64,000 nt of DNA, taken from Saccostrea cucullata (lineage: Eukaryota). This document shows, one piece after another, positions 13,801 to 25,099 of the stretch (positions are counted from its first letter, which is position 1; every line of letters begins with the position of its first letter). The notes below the pieces were generated by a model that saw nothing but the letters and a program-made list of their open reading frames with translations, made no database searches and was not told the origin of the DNA. Where the stretch lies: contig NW_026936636.1 in assembly GCF_032062105.1 (NCBI RefSeq), positions 124,001-188,000 on the forward strand. Reading direction: 5' to 3'. Both the position numbers and the translations under genes were made by a program.

Positions 13801-16800
13801 TGAAGTAAGAAGACAAATAAATTTAGAATAGGTACTGAGTACCGTAATTTACGGAATATAGGTTGATACTTCTTTTTCTCAGAACCGCTGGGGTCGACCA
13901 ATACAGAATTCGACCTATTTAAGGCTCAAGTTTATGAAAAATGCCCCCTGATCTGTAAAATTTACCTCAATTTCAAAGCAAATTTGTGCCATGCCACTTT
14001 CGTAACTTTTTTGATTATTTTTCGGAAAAAAATCAATGCCCCAGTAAACAATAAAATATTTATTCTATAGCTTTCTTACAAAATAAATTCCATTAATTAT
14101 CCGTTGATGACAAAGGAAAACAACATTGCTTCATCTATTAAATAATTCCTCAACGTATTATCCATTAACATCATGCGGTATCCATCTTGTGAAGTTAGGA
14201 AGTCGCGATCGTGTACTAAAAGTAAAACCGCAACTGTATCAAAATTTAAAATAAGGAAATTTTTCACGATCACAACTGTAGTGTTTTTATCATTTATTAG
14301 TAGTGATAAATTGAAATAGTATATTAAACATTTTTTATTGTTTTATGTTTATTTAAATATAAAATGAGTGAAATAATTTGTTGCCATTCAATTCCTACAT
14401 TTAATTACCCCCCCCCAAAAAAAACGCTATTCATTACCGTTTTTTTAAAAATTTAATTAATTATAATACCGGTCAAACAAACTTATCTTGAATATACCGA
14501 TACAAAGATTGGTTTCTAACAGAATTTTAATTGTCTGACAGATAAAGGGATTTACACTGTGTTAACACCTGTGTTAGTTTAAATGCCTGCGGGGCATGAT
14601 TCAGAAACCCACCAGTGATTGGGAAGGGCTTGCACCATGCGCCATAGTCGCAATGAAGTGAAAAATAGCACATTAAATCAATCAATCATGGCGCCAAGCG
14701 CGCATTCAATTTTTAGTGATGTTATTTGGAAATATTTTGCATACGACTTTCTTTCTTGTTTTACTTTCGTTTTAAATGCAGTCAATTTGAAACAACAAAT
14801 CTCATTGGTTGAAACCTGTCAAAAAGTACTTCTGGTTAAACGCACTTACATGAGGTACAATACTTCATTCATTTGTATGGTAGGGCTGTTCCCTTTCCAA
14901 AACTGTTGTAATTTTAACACAAAATACGGGTCAGTTATATTCTAAGCAAATGCCTTTAAATTTGCTGCATTTCATGCGTTAAAAGTTGGATTCGGTTAAT
15001 TAAAAACGTGTTTTCTCTCGTATTTCATATTTGTCACTTTGTTATTTATTAAAATGGTTCTTCAGATTATACTGATGGCCCATTTATTTTCGAAATGGCC
15101 CATCAAAAATGTTGACAGTTGCACCATAGTCTCATTTACCATATTGGCCTTCCCAATCACTGACCCACGTTCCGTTATAGGGTATTAGTGTTACATATCA
15201 TTGAACAATCAAAGCCGTGAAATTCATGTTGACAGTCAAATTGTGAATGTACTCTCAATTAAATTTATAAATTAAACTTATGGAGTGTTAATATGATTTC
15301 AATTCTTTACTGTTGCTTGATATATACATTCAATGGTCATTTGCGTGTTTTAGCAAATCCCTGGAGAAGAAAAATAAAAATGGCGGACATCGAAGAACTA
15401 GTAATTGTCGTCCACCGGTAAATAATGTCTGAATAAAAATTATTAGCAATGTGTCTAAGTTGTTCTGAAATCGGAATTACTATTCTTTGGTATCGGGTAT
15501 TTCCCGAATTATAGCTGTAATATAATAACGTATTTACGTGTTATTTCTGCCTCTGATTTAACAACAGTGTGAAACTACGGAGGCATTGAACAGGCAAGTT
15601 GGAGAAAAATAAGTAACACAATTTAAAGAAGTTTTAACTACATTTTTTTAAAAACTTTATTTAAATGCTGTACTCATTAAAATACCTGTTTATTTTCTTG
15701 ATACGTTCATGTCACGGAATAACCCCGGTAATTTTAGGGGTTTATCTGTTCCGATACGTTGTATCTGCGTAAGAATCTTTAGAAAACGGGAAACAAACCC
15801 TTGTCCTATATAGTAAGTTCGTCCTATCTTAGGATTTTTCAAAAATTAAGGCTGAAAATGAGCCTTCCGACCTATATACCCCATCGACCTATAATCCCGA
15901 AATTACGGTATATGCTTACCTGTGATTCATATGGGAGAAAAGCTATGTTAATTTCCTTAAGAGTTTTTATGTATTTAGCAGCTGTTGACTTGCACAATTC
16001 ATTGAAAAGAACATCTGGACAGGCTAGAAACAAAATGTAATTTTTAAAAAATTTAGATAACTTTTATTTCATATTAAGTCAAAAGAATAAACCGACACAT
16101 AATCCTTTTTCCAAAAAAGTCTAGAATTCTTTCATCAGTTAATCTTTTTGGATTAATGACTGTTTCCTCTAACTCACCTTCTGTAAAGTAAACATGTGCT
16201 GACCTATACTGGGTGTTGGTGGGGTGGCTAAAATCTTGCTTCAGTAAATTAACCGACTAAAAGAGGAGAAGAAAAGTTTGTGCATGCTATTGATTCCTTT
16301 AACATCCCTCAATATGCATTTAACTGTAAAATACATCAGGTTGCAGGACAATAGTTCTACACACAGTAAGAACTATCATTGAATGTATAAATTTTAACCC
16401 TCTCTATGAAGTAAGTTGAGAGACAGTTTTTTGGATTGTTGAAAAGATTTTTTTTTCTCACTGACACAGTCTGTATAAATATTCTCAAAAAATGAATTTG
16501 ATGTATAGAACTTCATTTCCTTACCTTATCTGTTGGTGTTATCAAATAAACAGCATCCAGCTTAGGCAGTCTTTCTCTTCTCTTATTTATATCTTCAACC
16601 ACTGCATATTTAAAAAAAATAATTTATTGCAAGTTCATAGAGTATTTTACCTTAATATGTCAAACACACGGACATGTATTTGGTCAATTTGGATACAATT
16701 TTTTTTATTAAACTGTTTTAATAAGAATGCTTAAGAGTTTTAATCAACCTTAGCTGCAATAGAGAGCAATAGCTATTCATTTCTTGAATTTTATAAAATG

Positions 16801-18671
16801 CTCCAAACCTCACATTCAAGAGATACACTTAAAATAATTTGAGTTCCTGAATGAGTTCTATTAAAGCATAAATGATAAAACTATTTAAAAGAATTAATAT
16901 TAAAGTCCACCTCTCCTTTTCACGCAATATTGCATTTTAAAAAAATAAAGACAAAGAACACTTTTAATCTCCATTAGATTAAGAAAAAATAAACTTGAAA
17001 AACAATTTCATGTTATTCCCTAACATAATAATAAAATTTAAAAAAAAAGTCTTAACACAAATACATGATAGCCTTGTGTCCTCGTGCATCTTGCAGCATG
17101 CTGAAATGTCTATATATCATCCTCATAATCAGCTGAAGGGTTTCATAAATTATTTTAATTAATTGCCATCACTTTCCATTCTACAACCATGACTCTAATG
17201 TTACAAGTACGATCGACTTACTAAGGCGCGGTAAACAAATTGGACAACTGGCATCAATATCGTACTAAAATTGGATTAAAATCTCTAAGATTAAGAAATT
17301 CAATCTTTATAGTCTTGTTGTATTCGTGTTTATTTTGTAATTATTTTACAATTGTTTGCATTAAATACGGTCCCAAAATGTGATTCATGTCATTTTCTTA
17401 AATCCGCAACAACCATTTTTTCTGTAAAAATTAAACAAATATATGTTAGTAATCAATTGATTTAATTTTATATTGTGTGGAATTGTTGCTATTTTCTATT
17501 GGGGCATCCACTGACACGTGCGGTCGCGTAAACCTGTACTTGAACAAGCCCGACGCCATAAAAAATAAACTTGCATGTTATTCCCTCTGACATAATCTCG
17601 TGCATCTTGCAGCATGCTGATATCATCCTCATACTCAGCTGATCTACAATCATCACTTTCCATTCTCCGTTCTTTTTCACCGCTTGGACAACATCTGACA
17701 TAATCTCTGAAACATAAAGATTAACAAGTAAATACTTCGGTATTTCCTAAATATATTGTTTTCTGACAAATATTTTAATCCTGATATTGTGTGCAAAAAA
17801 CAGATGTAAAAAAATTGGCTCTGCTTTATGCAATGTCTCCTCATTTATTATCTTAAACAATATACTAATGTTAAAAAACAGATGAAATTGGAACTGATTA
17901 GATTAATGTCTATGTTACATTTTTTAATCACACCTTCTGTTAAAATTTCATGAAATGTTTAAAGTTATTCCATTATAGACGACTTTCACATTTACAAAAG
18001 TTATTCCCCTTTGCGTTCAATCCAAGGTGGAGGCAGATTAATGTCTATGTTACACTTAATTACACCTTCTGTTAAAATTTCATAAAATGTATATCAGATA
18101 TTCTGTTATTGTAAAGTAAATGTAAACAACAGTCTACTGAATATAACAGTTGCAAAATCCACAAGAATTATTCAATTTACAAACATTGATAATTTTATTT
18201 AGTAACTTATAGAATTTTTTATACTGGCATAAATCTAAGTAAATAAATTTTGCAAGTGTAAGTGGGAGGGGAAGTTGGATAGAGGAAACTCGAACTTATA
18301 GGAGATCCTTGCAATTATTTTTCACTCGCTCGATTTTATCTGGTATTTGTATTATTTATTTATCCGTCTGTTTATTGTATTTGAATTTCAAACCATCATA
18401 CTATCGCCTTTACAAATTATGCGTAATAAGAGTAAAAAATTTGGCAATATCGATCGCAGGAAGGCTTATAAATATTAAGTTGACATTTCCGAAAAACTGC
18501 ATTAGTTTGCAACACATGGGTGCACCCCTTTTCACATAAACTATTAGAAATAAAGCACTACTCTTAAATATTAAGCTTCCAACCGCACTTTATCTAAATC
18601 TTTCTTTTAAAGAACATTAAATACGGTGAAAACATCAGCCTACTTTCGTGAACTGCCTGTTTGAGCGACAT
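1706..18671 (-). CDS. STXBP1: Sec1/Munc18-family syntaxin-binding protein (Munc18-1/Rop/UNC-18 orthologue), multi-exon, 3' terminal exon not found in window
   Basis: Phase-consistent exons 18644-18671, 17575-17706, 16525-16601, 16178-16256, 15920-16023, 13270-13418, 12730-12814, 12187-12317, 11843-11947, 11458-11665, 10984-11122, 9146-9255, 5596-5706, 4977-5071, 1706-1860. Peptides include [119 protein letters not shown] and [21 protein letters not shown]. Confidence 0.97.
2102..2660. mobile_element. MITE with CAGTGATTGGGAAGG TIRs and 6-bp TSD (copy 1)
   Basis: TSD AATACA at 2096-2101 and 2661-2666; inverted homologue at 14613-15162. Confidence 0.85.
3452..3990. mobile_element. MITE with 20-bp TIR and subterminal TTTCATTTCCGACA repeats
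   Basis: GCTGCATTTCATTTCCGGAA at 3453-3472 and inverted at 3970-3989; 8-bp TSD GATTGTAT/GATTGCAT (one mismatch). Confidence 0.8.
4977..5071 (-). CDS. STXBP1: Munc18 coding exon 14
   Basis: [31 protein letters not shown]; AG/GTAAAC. Confidence 0.92.
5596..5706 (-). CDS. STXBP1: Munc18 coding exon 13
   Basis: [37 protein letters not shown]; AG/GTAGGT. Confidence 0.94.
7132..7326. mobile_element. TA-flanked Tc1/mariner-pogo-type MITE nested in a decayed Helentron-like element (about 6436-7380)
   Basis: TA-CTGTAGATTCCT...AGGAATCTACAG-TA. Confidence 0.75.
7451..7495 (-). CDS. STXBP1: Candidate alternative Munc18 cassette exon C (45 nt, [15 protein letters not shown])
   Basis: GTTTTCATGCATATAG acceptor, AAG|GTAATG donor, stop-free, phase 0-0. 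Confidence 0.35.
7993..8049 (-). CDS. STXBP1: Candidate alternative Munc18 cassette exon B (57 nt, [19 protein letters not shown])
   Basis: Strong acceptor TTTTTATCCACCTTTTTATAG, donor CCG|GTATGT, purine-rich, stop-free, phase 0-0. Confidence 0.55.
8678..8734 (-). CDS. STXBP1: Candidate alternative Munc18 cassette exon A (57 nt, [19 protein letters not shown])
   Basis: TTTGCATGCCTCAG acceptor, CAG|GTGAGA donor, stop-free, phase 0-0. Confidence 0.45.
9146..9255 (-). CDS. STXBP1: Munc18 coding exon 12
   Basis: [36 protein letters not shown]; AG/GTAAGT, ends phase 0. Confidence 0.94.
9570..10896. mobile_element. Non-autonomous Tc1/mariner-pogo(Tc2)-like element, copy 1
   Basis: TA-CCGTAATTTT...AAAATTACGG-TA; inverted copy at 13842-15908. 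Confidence 0.88.
10984..11122 (-). CDS. STXBP1: Munc18 coding exon 11
   Basis: [46 protein letters not shown]; AG/GTACGA. Confidence 0.95.
11458..11665 (-). CDS. STXBP1: Munc18 coding exon 10
   Basis: [15 protein letters not shown]...[26 protein letters not shown]...LCKVEQ; AG/GTGAGG. Confidence 0.95.
11843..11947 (-). CDS. STXBP1: Munc18 coding exon 9
   Basis: [34 protein letters not shown]; AG/GTAAGT. Confidence 0.94.
12187..12317 (-). CDS. STXBP1: Munc18 coding exon 8
   Basis: [43 protein letters not shown]; AG/GTAAGT. Confidence 0.95.
12730..12814 (-). CDS. STXBP1: Munc18 coding exon 7
   Basis: [28 protein letters not shown]; AG/GTAGGG. Confidence 0.94.
13270..13418 (-). CDS. STXBP1: Munc18 coding exon 6
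   Basis: [16 protein letters not shown]...[24 protein letters not shown]; AG/GTGGGT. Confidence 0.94.
13842..15908. mobile_element. Same Tc2-like element, copy 2 (inverted), carrying a nested MITE
   Basis: TA-CCGTAATTT...AAATTACGG-TA; reverse-complement similarity to 9570-10896 throughout. Confidence 0.88.
14613..15162. mobile_element. MITE with CAGTGATTGGGAAGG TIRs and 6-bp TSD (copy 2, nested)
   Basis: TSD ACCCAC at 14607-14612 and 15163-15168; empty site at 10264-10269 in the paralogous host element. Confidence 0.9.
15920..16023 (-). CDS. STXBP1: Munc18 coding exon 5
   Basis: [34 protein letters not shown]; AG/GTAAGC. Confidence 0.94.
16178..16256 (-). CDS. STXBP1: Munc18 coding exon 4
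   Basis: [26 protein letters not shown]; AG/GTGAGT. Confidence 0.93.
16525..16601 (-). CDS. STXBP1: Munc18 coding exon 3
   Basis: [25 protein letters not shown]; AG/GTAAGG. Confidence 0.93.
16984..17182 (-). pseudogene. Fragmented intronic duplicate of the 3' part of Munc18 exon 2
   Basis: Blocks 16984-16997, 17009-17029, 17081-17104 (24 nt exact), 17115-17136 and 17167-17182 match 17560-17666 collinearly, separated by insertions. Confidence 0.85.
17575..17706 (-). CDS. STXBP1: Munc18 coding exon 2 (ends in GC donor)
   Basis: TTTCAG acceptor; [43 protein letters not shown]; donor CAT|GCAAGT. Confidence 0.93.
18644..18671 (-). CDS. STXBP1: Munc18 coding exon 1 (MSLKQAVHE+K)
   Basis: ATG at 18671-18669, donor A|GTAGGC, phase 1 fits next exon; resembles the UNC-18 N-terminus MSLKQ. 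Confidence 0.85.
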
Positions 18672-19719
18672 CTTGAATCTTTTTAGCTACTCCGCAGCAA
18701 ATAGATTTTGAAATATTATTTTTTTAAGTTTTTATTTTAATTGAATTACAATTTGGTTTTTCACCTTTTTTTAGCTGTTTACTGAAAATTATTATACAAA
18801 TAGACATATGGTTTAAATGTTCAAACTTGTTAAAAAATAAGTTGTACGAAAGCCAATTCGACGTAACCTATACACTGCCAGAAAGGGGGAGGGGGATAAT
18901 CACTATAAATATACATGTTATAGCATAGTTATCGTGGTCGTAGTGACCGGGGAGGGCACGGGGGATGCCTCCAATAATTTTGCCAATATACATAGATTAA
19001 TATAGAAATAACACAAAGCAGCCTCTACCATATATAGATCTACAGGTGCCCCTCCATAATAACGTCTGCTGCATTTTTATGTTATAATCATTACTTTTTG
19101 CCTGTCAATGAATTTTTGATAGTTGTTAATGCCCCCAACTAAAGAATAAGTTTTACTCCAACCCAACCCCAACTGAATTACTTCTTTGAAACATTTACAT
19201 ATTTAATGATAACATGATCCAGCAAATGCCCAACCTAGCCATCCCCCTAACCCCCACCCCTCATACAATTTTTTTCTGAAATGTTCCAAATTTTAAGATG
19301 ATTTATGAAACAAAATTCGAGTTAAAATCGTTAAAATTTTGCTAAAGTCAGTAACATCAAAAGGTACGACTTTTCTACAACTTTAGACAACAATTCCTCT
19401 CGATAAATAACTGAATATAAAACTTTTTTTAATACACGCATCATCGACAGCTGCTTCTTCTATATTGTTGAAATTTTCGTAATTTTGATTTATAACCAAA
19501 AACTTTTGAAAGCTATATAATTGAAAAAAAAAATACGAGATTAAGTGTACTTACAATAATGTTATTATTATAAGTATTACGCTTTTTTTTAATTTACTGA
19601 AAAATTCGGTAAAATTGATAGGTACGCGAACTCCTGTGGTAATATCATCGACAGCTGCTTCATAATATTTTTGAAATTTTCGTAATTTAAATATTTGATG
19701 TATAACCAACAAATAAAAC

Positions 19720-19878
19720 TATTTTGTTAAAAATCGCTCTGATTCTTTAGAAAATTACTCTAGCTGATGTTGGTATTCATAATTAAAAAGATGCTCAAAT
19801 TCCTCATTGACACCACTTTATCATTTATTAATCTTTCTACAAACTGTTGTTATCCCGATGGGTACTAATTGTGCCTCT
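19720..19878 (+). mobile_element. Decayed Penelope-like reverse transcriptase fragment
   Basis: Frameshifted remnants reading YFVKNRSDS..., MLKFLID..., QTVVIPMGTNCA, similar to the GIPMGTNCAP motif recalled from Penelope-type RTs. Confidence 0.55.
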
Positions 19879-20649
19879 ATGCAGCAGCAATCTGATAAAA
19901 AACAATTAAACCTTCACTGCTCCTTTTTATTTTGATTGTCACGCGAAAATCAAAGTAAAAAGGATCAAGCAAGTAAAGGTTTGATATTAATCAAAATGAT
20001 GCAGCAGAAAATTTTCAGAAATATCTATAAGGGAATGATTTAATTAATATTTGTCCTTTTTTAAAATACTCGAAAAACAATAAAATTTTAAAATCCTCTA
20101 AAGGAAGGAGGTATTTAAAAATCCGTTTTAAACTACATGTATTATTTAACTATAGCCATAATTGAGGAACCATTTCATTTTTTTCCAATAAGTATGATAA
20201 ATTGAAACGCATTTTTTTTTAATACAAAAAAAAACTATAATCTTTAATCCTAATTCCATCCAAATTCTTAAAAAGTGAGTAGGTATCAGAGACACTTGTC
20301 TATGAAATAACGTTTCAAAACATTTGTCAGTCATTTATGAAAAGTATATAGCAATAGTTTATCACTTTAGTCATATACTGTATTATTATGTAGTAAATAT
20401 ATATAGGGAGCGACTAATAATGCTAATACGAATACTTTTTAGTATGGATTAACAAAATAAATGGCTCGAGCCTCGTTTCCAGAATAAACATTTTTCGAAG
20501 AGCAGAAAAGAAATTTGTTGAATTAGCTGCAAATTTTTATGAACTTGAGTCTTAAAAAGCCATAGTTTAAAGCCAAATATGATGCAAAGGCTCACAGACT
20601 GCAAAAAGTAGGGACCATGACAGGAAATTTTACCTGAACAACCGGCATC

Positions 20650-20662
20650 ATGTCAAAACCAG
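20650..20662 (+). CDS. RAPGEF1: Candidate C3G alternative first coding exon 1a (MSKP+E)
   Basis: ATC-ATG context, CAG|GTAAGA donor, phase 1 matches exon 32711. Confidence 0.45.
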
Positions 20663-21760
20663 GTAAGAAAATCGATGAGGAAGCAGCTGCAGGTGTATTT
20701 TGCCTACAGGTGTGCATTTCTGTCATTGCCTTATAGTGCCATTACTTTATTTATTATATGAAGCTTAAATGTCTACACGATTACACCGATGTAATTAAAG
20801 ACAATTATGTCAATTTCTAAGATGCAAGGTGTCTGCCCCGTTGCTGCAACCATGATTTATCATCCCTCCCATCTTCTGCAGTAAAACTTATCTGGATGTC
20901 TTTGTTTTGCTTTATTGTCCTAAAATTAATTTAATATTATACATCTGACTTTTCTTGAAAGATTCTTAAAGCCTTGTAATAATTTTAAAAGCCCATTCTC
21001 CTAAAATTACCATCAACGGACAAGAATGCAATGCATCTAATGGCGAGTGCAGCAGCACTCACACTGGCCTGACTGGGAGCTGTAATGTCAATGCCTGGGC
21101 AAAGAGGAAATTAAAACTTGCACATTGCTCCAAAATGAATTTTCTTCTGCAGTAGCATCTGGACCAATAATGCATTGCTTCTTAAATCACATTCTCGTGA
21201 GTTCAATAAATAAAAAACTTGCCTTGATTTTTAATTCAATGAAATGTAGCACTTTTCAGAATTTAGTTTGGCAATTCAACTTACATATGACATCATAGAG
21301 GCACCAAATATCATGTGCGATTTGATGAACCTGATCTAAATTAAGACTGAATAAGTATCTGTGCTCATCCTAATGGTCGCACTGTCAACATATTATTGTC
21401 ACTGTCATCACTTAAATAATTCTCATTCTTTGTGTACAAACAGCAATACAGATACTCAATGAAATGGTGGTATCTAGGGGGAAAAATAAGCATTTAAGGC
21501 TAATTTAAGAATGGAATCAAGAATGAATTGATATTTTTTAATATTGATGGCAAATTCAATAGAAAAGTTGGACAGAAAACTGCAATACAATTCATAGGAC
21601 TTTGTAAAAAGTTATCCCACCAGTTGTTCTATTAATACTTCCATTTGTAATACAGACACCATATGTACAGTATATCTTATTAGTAGGTTTAATGTGTGAA
21701 TGCTAAGCAGATAATATTTGACCTACTGATAAATATTGATGCATGTTATAATTCCTAATA

Positions 21761-22646
21761 CAGTCAATTCTCGAATTATCGCCATTCGATTCATCGCCAT
21801 TTTCGCAATACCGCCATGATTTCCCAAGAACGTTTTTCCTGCTATATAAAATTCTCTTTATAATGCCAAATTCGCATACCGCCATCCGCCACCCTGTTTT
21901 CACAACAAACGTCCATTTTTAAGTGTCAATTATCTCGATATACCGCCACAGGTGCATGACACTGGTCAGTGAAGCGCGGCTAATTAGTTGACGCTATTCC
22001 TGTTGTAAAGCATGCAAACGCAGACAAGGTACATGCAATTAAGTAATTAAACAAGAATTAAATAAACAATAATTTTAACATGAACTGTTATAATAATTTT
22101 GTTTTCTGTTTAATATAATCATTTATTCATGGCTTCGCACGGTCGTTGTTAAAGTTCGCCGATAACGATATTATTTTGATGATCTCTGCTTTAAACAGTG
22201 CAAAGTTTGCTGGAAAAAATAATTATACGGTATAAATTGTGAACGTTCCATCAACAATGATACCATAAACAATGAACATATTCAAGAATTCATTTTACTT
22301 ATTATCGGCAATATATCACGACGATCGACCCAGTATGTTTTTTTTTTCAATATCGAATGTGCAGATTTACATTCATATACAAATATTTGTCTTTATTTCA
22401 TATCTACACATTTTGTTTTAGCAAAATTGTACATTAAAAAAATTACTTGAAGTATTTTCAATCAGAAATATGTTTTAATATACATGTACATGTAATAATA
22501 AGAATAGAAACGCTAAATGGTATTTCTAAGAACGATAACTCTTCTTCTTGTTTTCTAAAAGATGAGAAATTCAATTCATCGCCAAATTCGTTATACCGCC
22601 ATGATTTCTAAATTACAGAAGGCGGCGGTTTATCGAGAATTAACTG
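21761..22646. mobile_element. TA-flanked pogo/Tigger-like MITE
   Basis: TA-CAGTCAATTCTCGA...TCGAGAATTAACTG-TA. Confidence 0.85.
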
Positions 22647-23988
22647 TAGTTAGGGGTTAGACTGAAATCAGTCATTGTGGAAATGATAACTATTAGTCAT
22701 AAAATAAAATTTTGATGTCTTATTAAAAACTTAATTTTAAAGAAAATGGTGAAAAACAATCGTAACAATTTAAGATCCCCCCTTTACTGTCCCCAAAATT
22801 AAGTTCAAAAGAGAGTTACCTCTCTTTGAAATATATGGATCCATGCACCAACAGAAAAAAGGGTCAGAAAACTGTGTCAAGTTGACATGCAAAATTCACT
22901 GGCAAGAAGGAGAATGAAAGAATAATCTGTATATTTACGTATTTGCACAAAATAGTAAAGAAAAAAACAATTCTCATTTAGTAATTTTACCCAAATGAGG
23001 AGTCCAAATGTTTTAAAAGATCTTGCATGTTTTACCAAGCACATTCTTTTTCAGGGTTAATAATAGTTTCAATATTTACTCTACACTTGAATCTATTGCA
23101 ATGAAAGGTGAAGAAAATGAGTTGTCTTGCTTCCATTGTTGACAAAATGTATGGTAGTCCTCTTTTCATGAATTATCAGTATTTGAATAACATGTCTACT
23201 CAATATTCTCTGTTCCTGCATTTACCTGTCAAATCTGCAGGCTATTAGAAAAAAAAGTCAAGAATATTTTCCCTCTCTTTAGTATTATATTTAAAAATCT
23301 CTCATTAATTCTCAAATACTAGGCATAATTTTCTGTGACTGTATTTGAAATTAATTTGATGAATTTATTTTCATAAGGAAATAAAATGTGAGTTTCCCCC
23401 CGAAACTCACTAAAGGAAGCTTTTATTACATGTAATTTGTGAAGTGAGGGATTTCCCCTTATGCTACTTTAATATGTACTTTCTGCACATGTACTACTCA
23501 GAATATTTCATTCTTTTTTATGGCTTATTTAAGTTTTATTTGCGCAGTGCTCTTTTGTTTTTTTTTTAAAATATTATTTTATATTTATTCAGTGAAGAAG
23601 AGGAATTTTTTTACCCTGATTCTTCTTGTTATTCCTTTATTCCTAAACACACTTACCTTTGAAATTCAGAGCAAAACTGAAAGGCTTTTATGAATTACTA
23701 CTGTACTAATGCATTTCTAAGTTATATTTCTTTCAGTTATTGTTGTTGATTGTCTGCACTGTCTGATCCACCAATGACAACCACAGGTCTTATATAATCC
23801 ACTTCACTTTGTTCATCCATCTCCCAGTCTGTGACACTAAGGAGGAGATTTACTTTGTTTAATCTGTATCTCCAACAGTTTTAGTTCCATATTTTTAAAC
23901 ATGTCAAATATTTTACACTGTCCTAGGATTTAAGATTTATTACCTTGATTGTAACAATTGAAACTGTAAATGGGATTGAAAAATGTAT

Positions 23989-24054
23989 GGCTGGGAATCA
24001 AACCTGGGACTCCTGCATCAGTAGTCAGTTGCTTTACCAACTGAACTATCCAGG
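23989..24054 (-). mobile_element. tRNA-derived SINE-like head (degenerate)
   Basis: Minus strand CCTGGATAGTTCAGTTGGTAAAGCA...CCAGGTTTGATTCCCAGCC with A-box and degenerate B-box. Confidence 0.55.
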
Positions 24055-25065
24055 AATTGAAAGTTTTATGCACAGACATGCACACAGAAATGAGAATGTA
24101 TGAAATTATTACCTTGACCTTTAACGGTTTGACCGTTGGGCAGTAGGGAGTTGTGGTATAAAATTTCACTGCAAAAGCTCAAAGCTTCTTGAGATACTGC
24201 ATGGAAAAGAGTTAAAACAAACAGAATTTTTTAAATTTATAACCTCAACTTTTCACTTTTTGTCCTCAAAGTCAATGGGTTCTATCTTAGGCTATAGGAA
24301 GTTTTTGTGCAAAATTTCATCGCAAAAGCTTAAAAGCTTCTCAAGATATTGCTTGGAAATGAAAGTGTTATAGACTGTAAGACAGGACAGAAATACAGTA
24401 TGGACACACCAAAGTTAATATCCTCCACTTTCAGTGAAAGCAGGGGACAAAAAGGGGTAGAAAGGGGAGTTGGACATGTTTCCAGATAATACTGACCTTA
24501 ATATCTCTTATAAAACGAAACCATTTTTGCACCCTTTTAAAAAAGTGTTGGTGACATAGCTCAAGACATTTTGATGAGTAGGTACATTGTTTCCCCTGTC
24601 AGATGTTTATTGTAGTACCAGTTGTGGTGAAAAAAAAATAAAACTTCAAGTAAAACCAACATGAGGGTGGACTTTTGAATAATGAATAATACAAAGAAAG
24701 AGAGGGGTTAAAACTAACATGCATCCAATGCATGTTTTTTTTTTTTTAAATTATTGAAAAATACAAACAGACAAACAAATAAAAATCTAGCTGGTCAGAC
24801 TGTGTCATTATGAGTAAGTGTATCCTTTGCCCCCTACTCTATAATGACTTTATAAGGTCTCCATATATTGTTCGTTCTTCTCCTCTAGTGTTCTGGATCT
24901 TACTCATCCACTTATATTTACATGTAGATTTTTTTAAATACTGACGAGATAAATGTAAATTTAGTATATCCTCACTGAATGGCTGGCCTAAGTGTCATAT
25001 GACATAGTTATATTGTGGAATGTACATGTATACAATCTCTATTTTGATTTCTAAATGGAGCAGTC

Positions 25066-25099
25066 ATGTCCAAAATGAGACCGAATTTAATGTCGAAAG
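25066..25099 (+). CDS. RAPGEF1: Candidate C3G alternative first coding exon 1b (MSKMRPNLMSK+E)
   Basis: GTC-ATG context, AAG|GTAAGT consensus donor, phase 1. Confidence 0.55.

Noticed and set aside
17900-18090. About 55-bp direct repeat in Munc18 intron 1 (and a similar pair at about 19440/19645)
   Set aside because: Ordinary local duplications or decayed repeat units with no further structure
23651-23850. Strong minus-strand donor AAG|GTAAGT as an upstream Munc18 coding exon
   Set aside because: In-frame stop 11 codons upstream and no ATG; could be a UTR exon but is unsupported
23989-24054. tRNA gene
   Set aside because: Degenerate B-box and stems, embedded in repeat DNA; better explained as a SINE-like head
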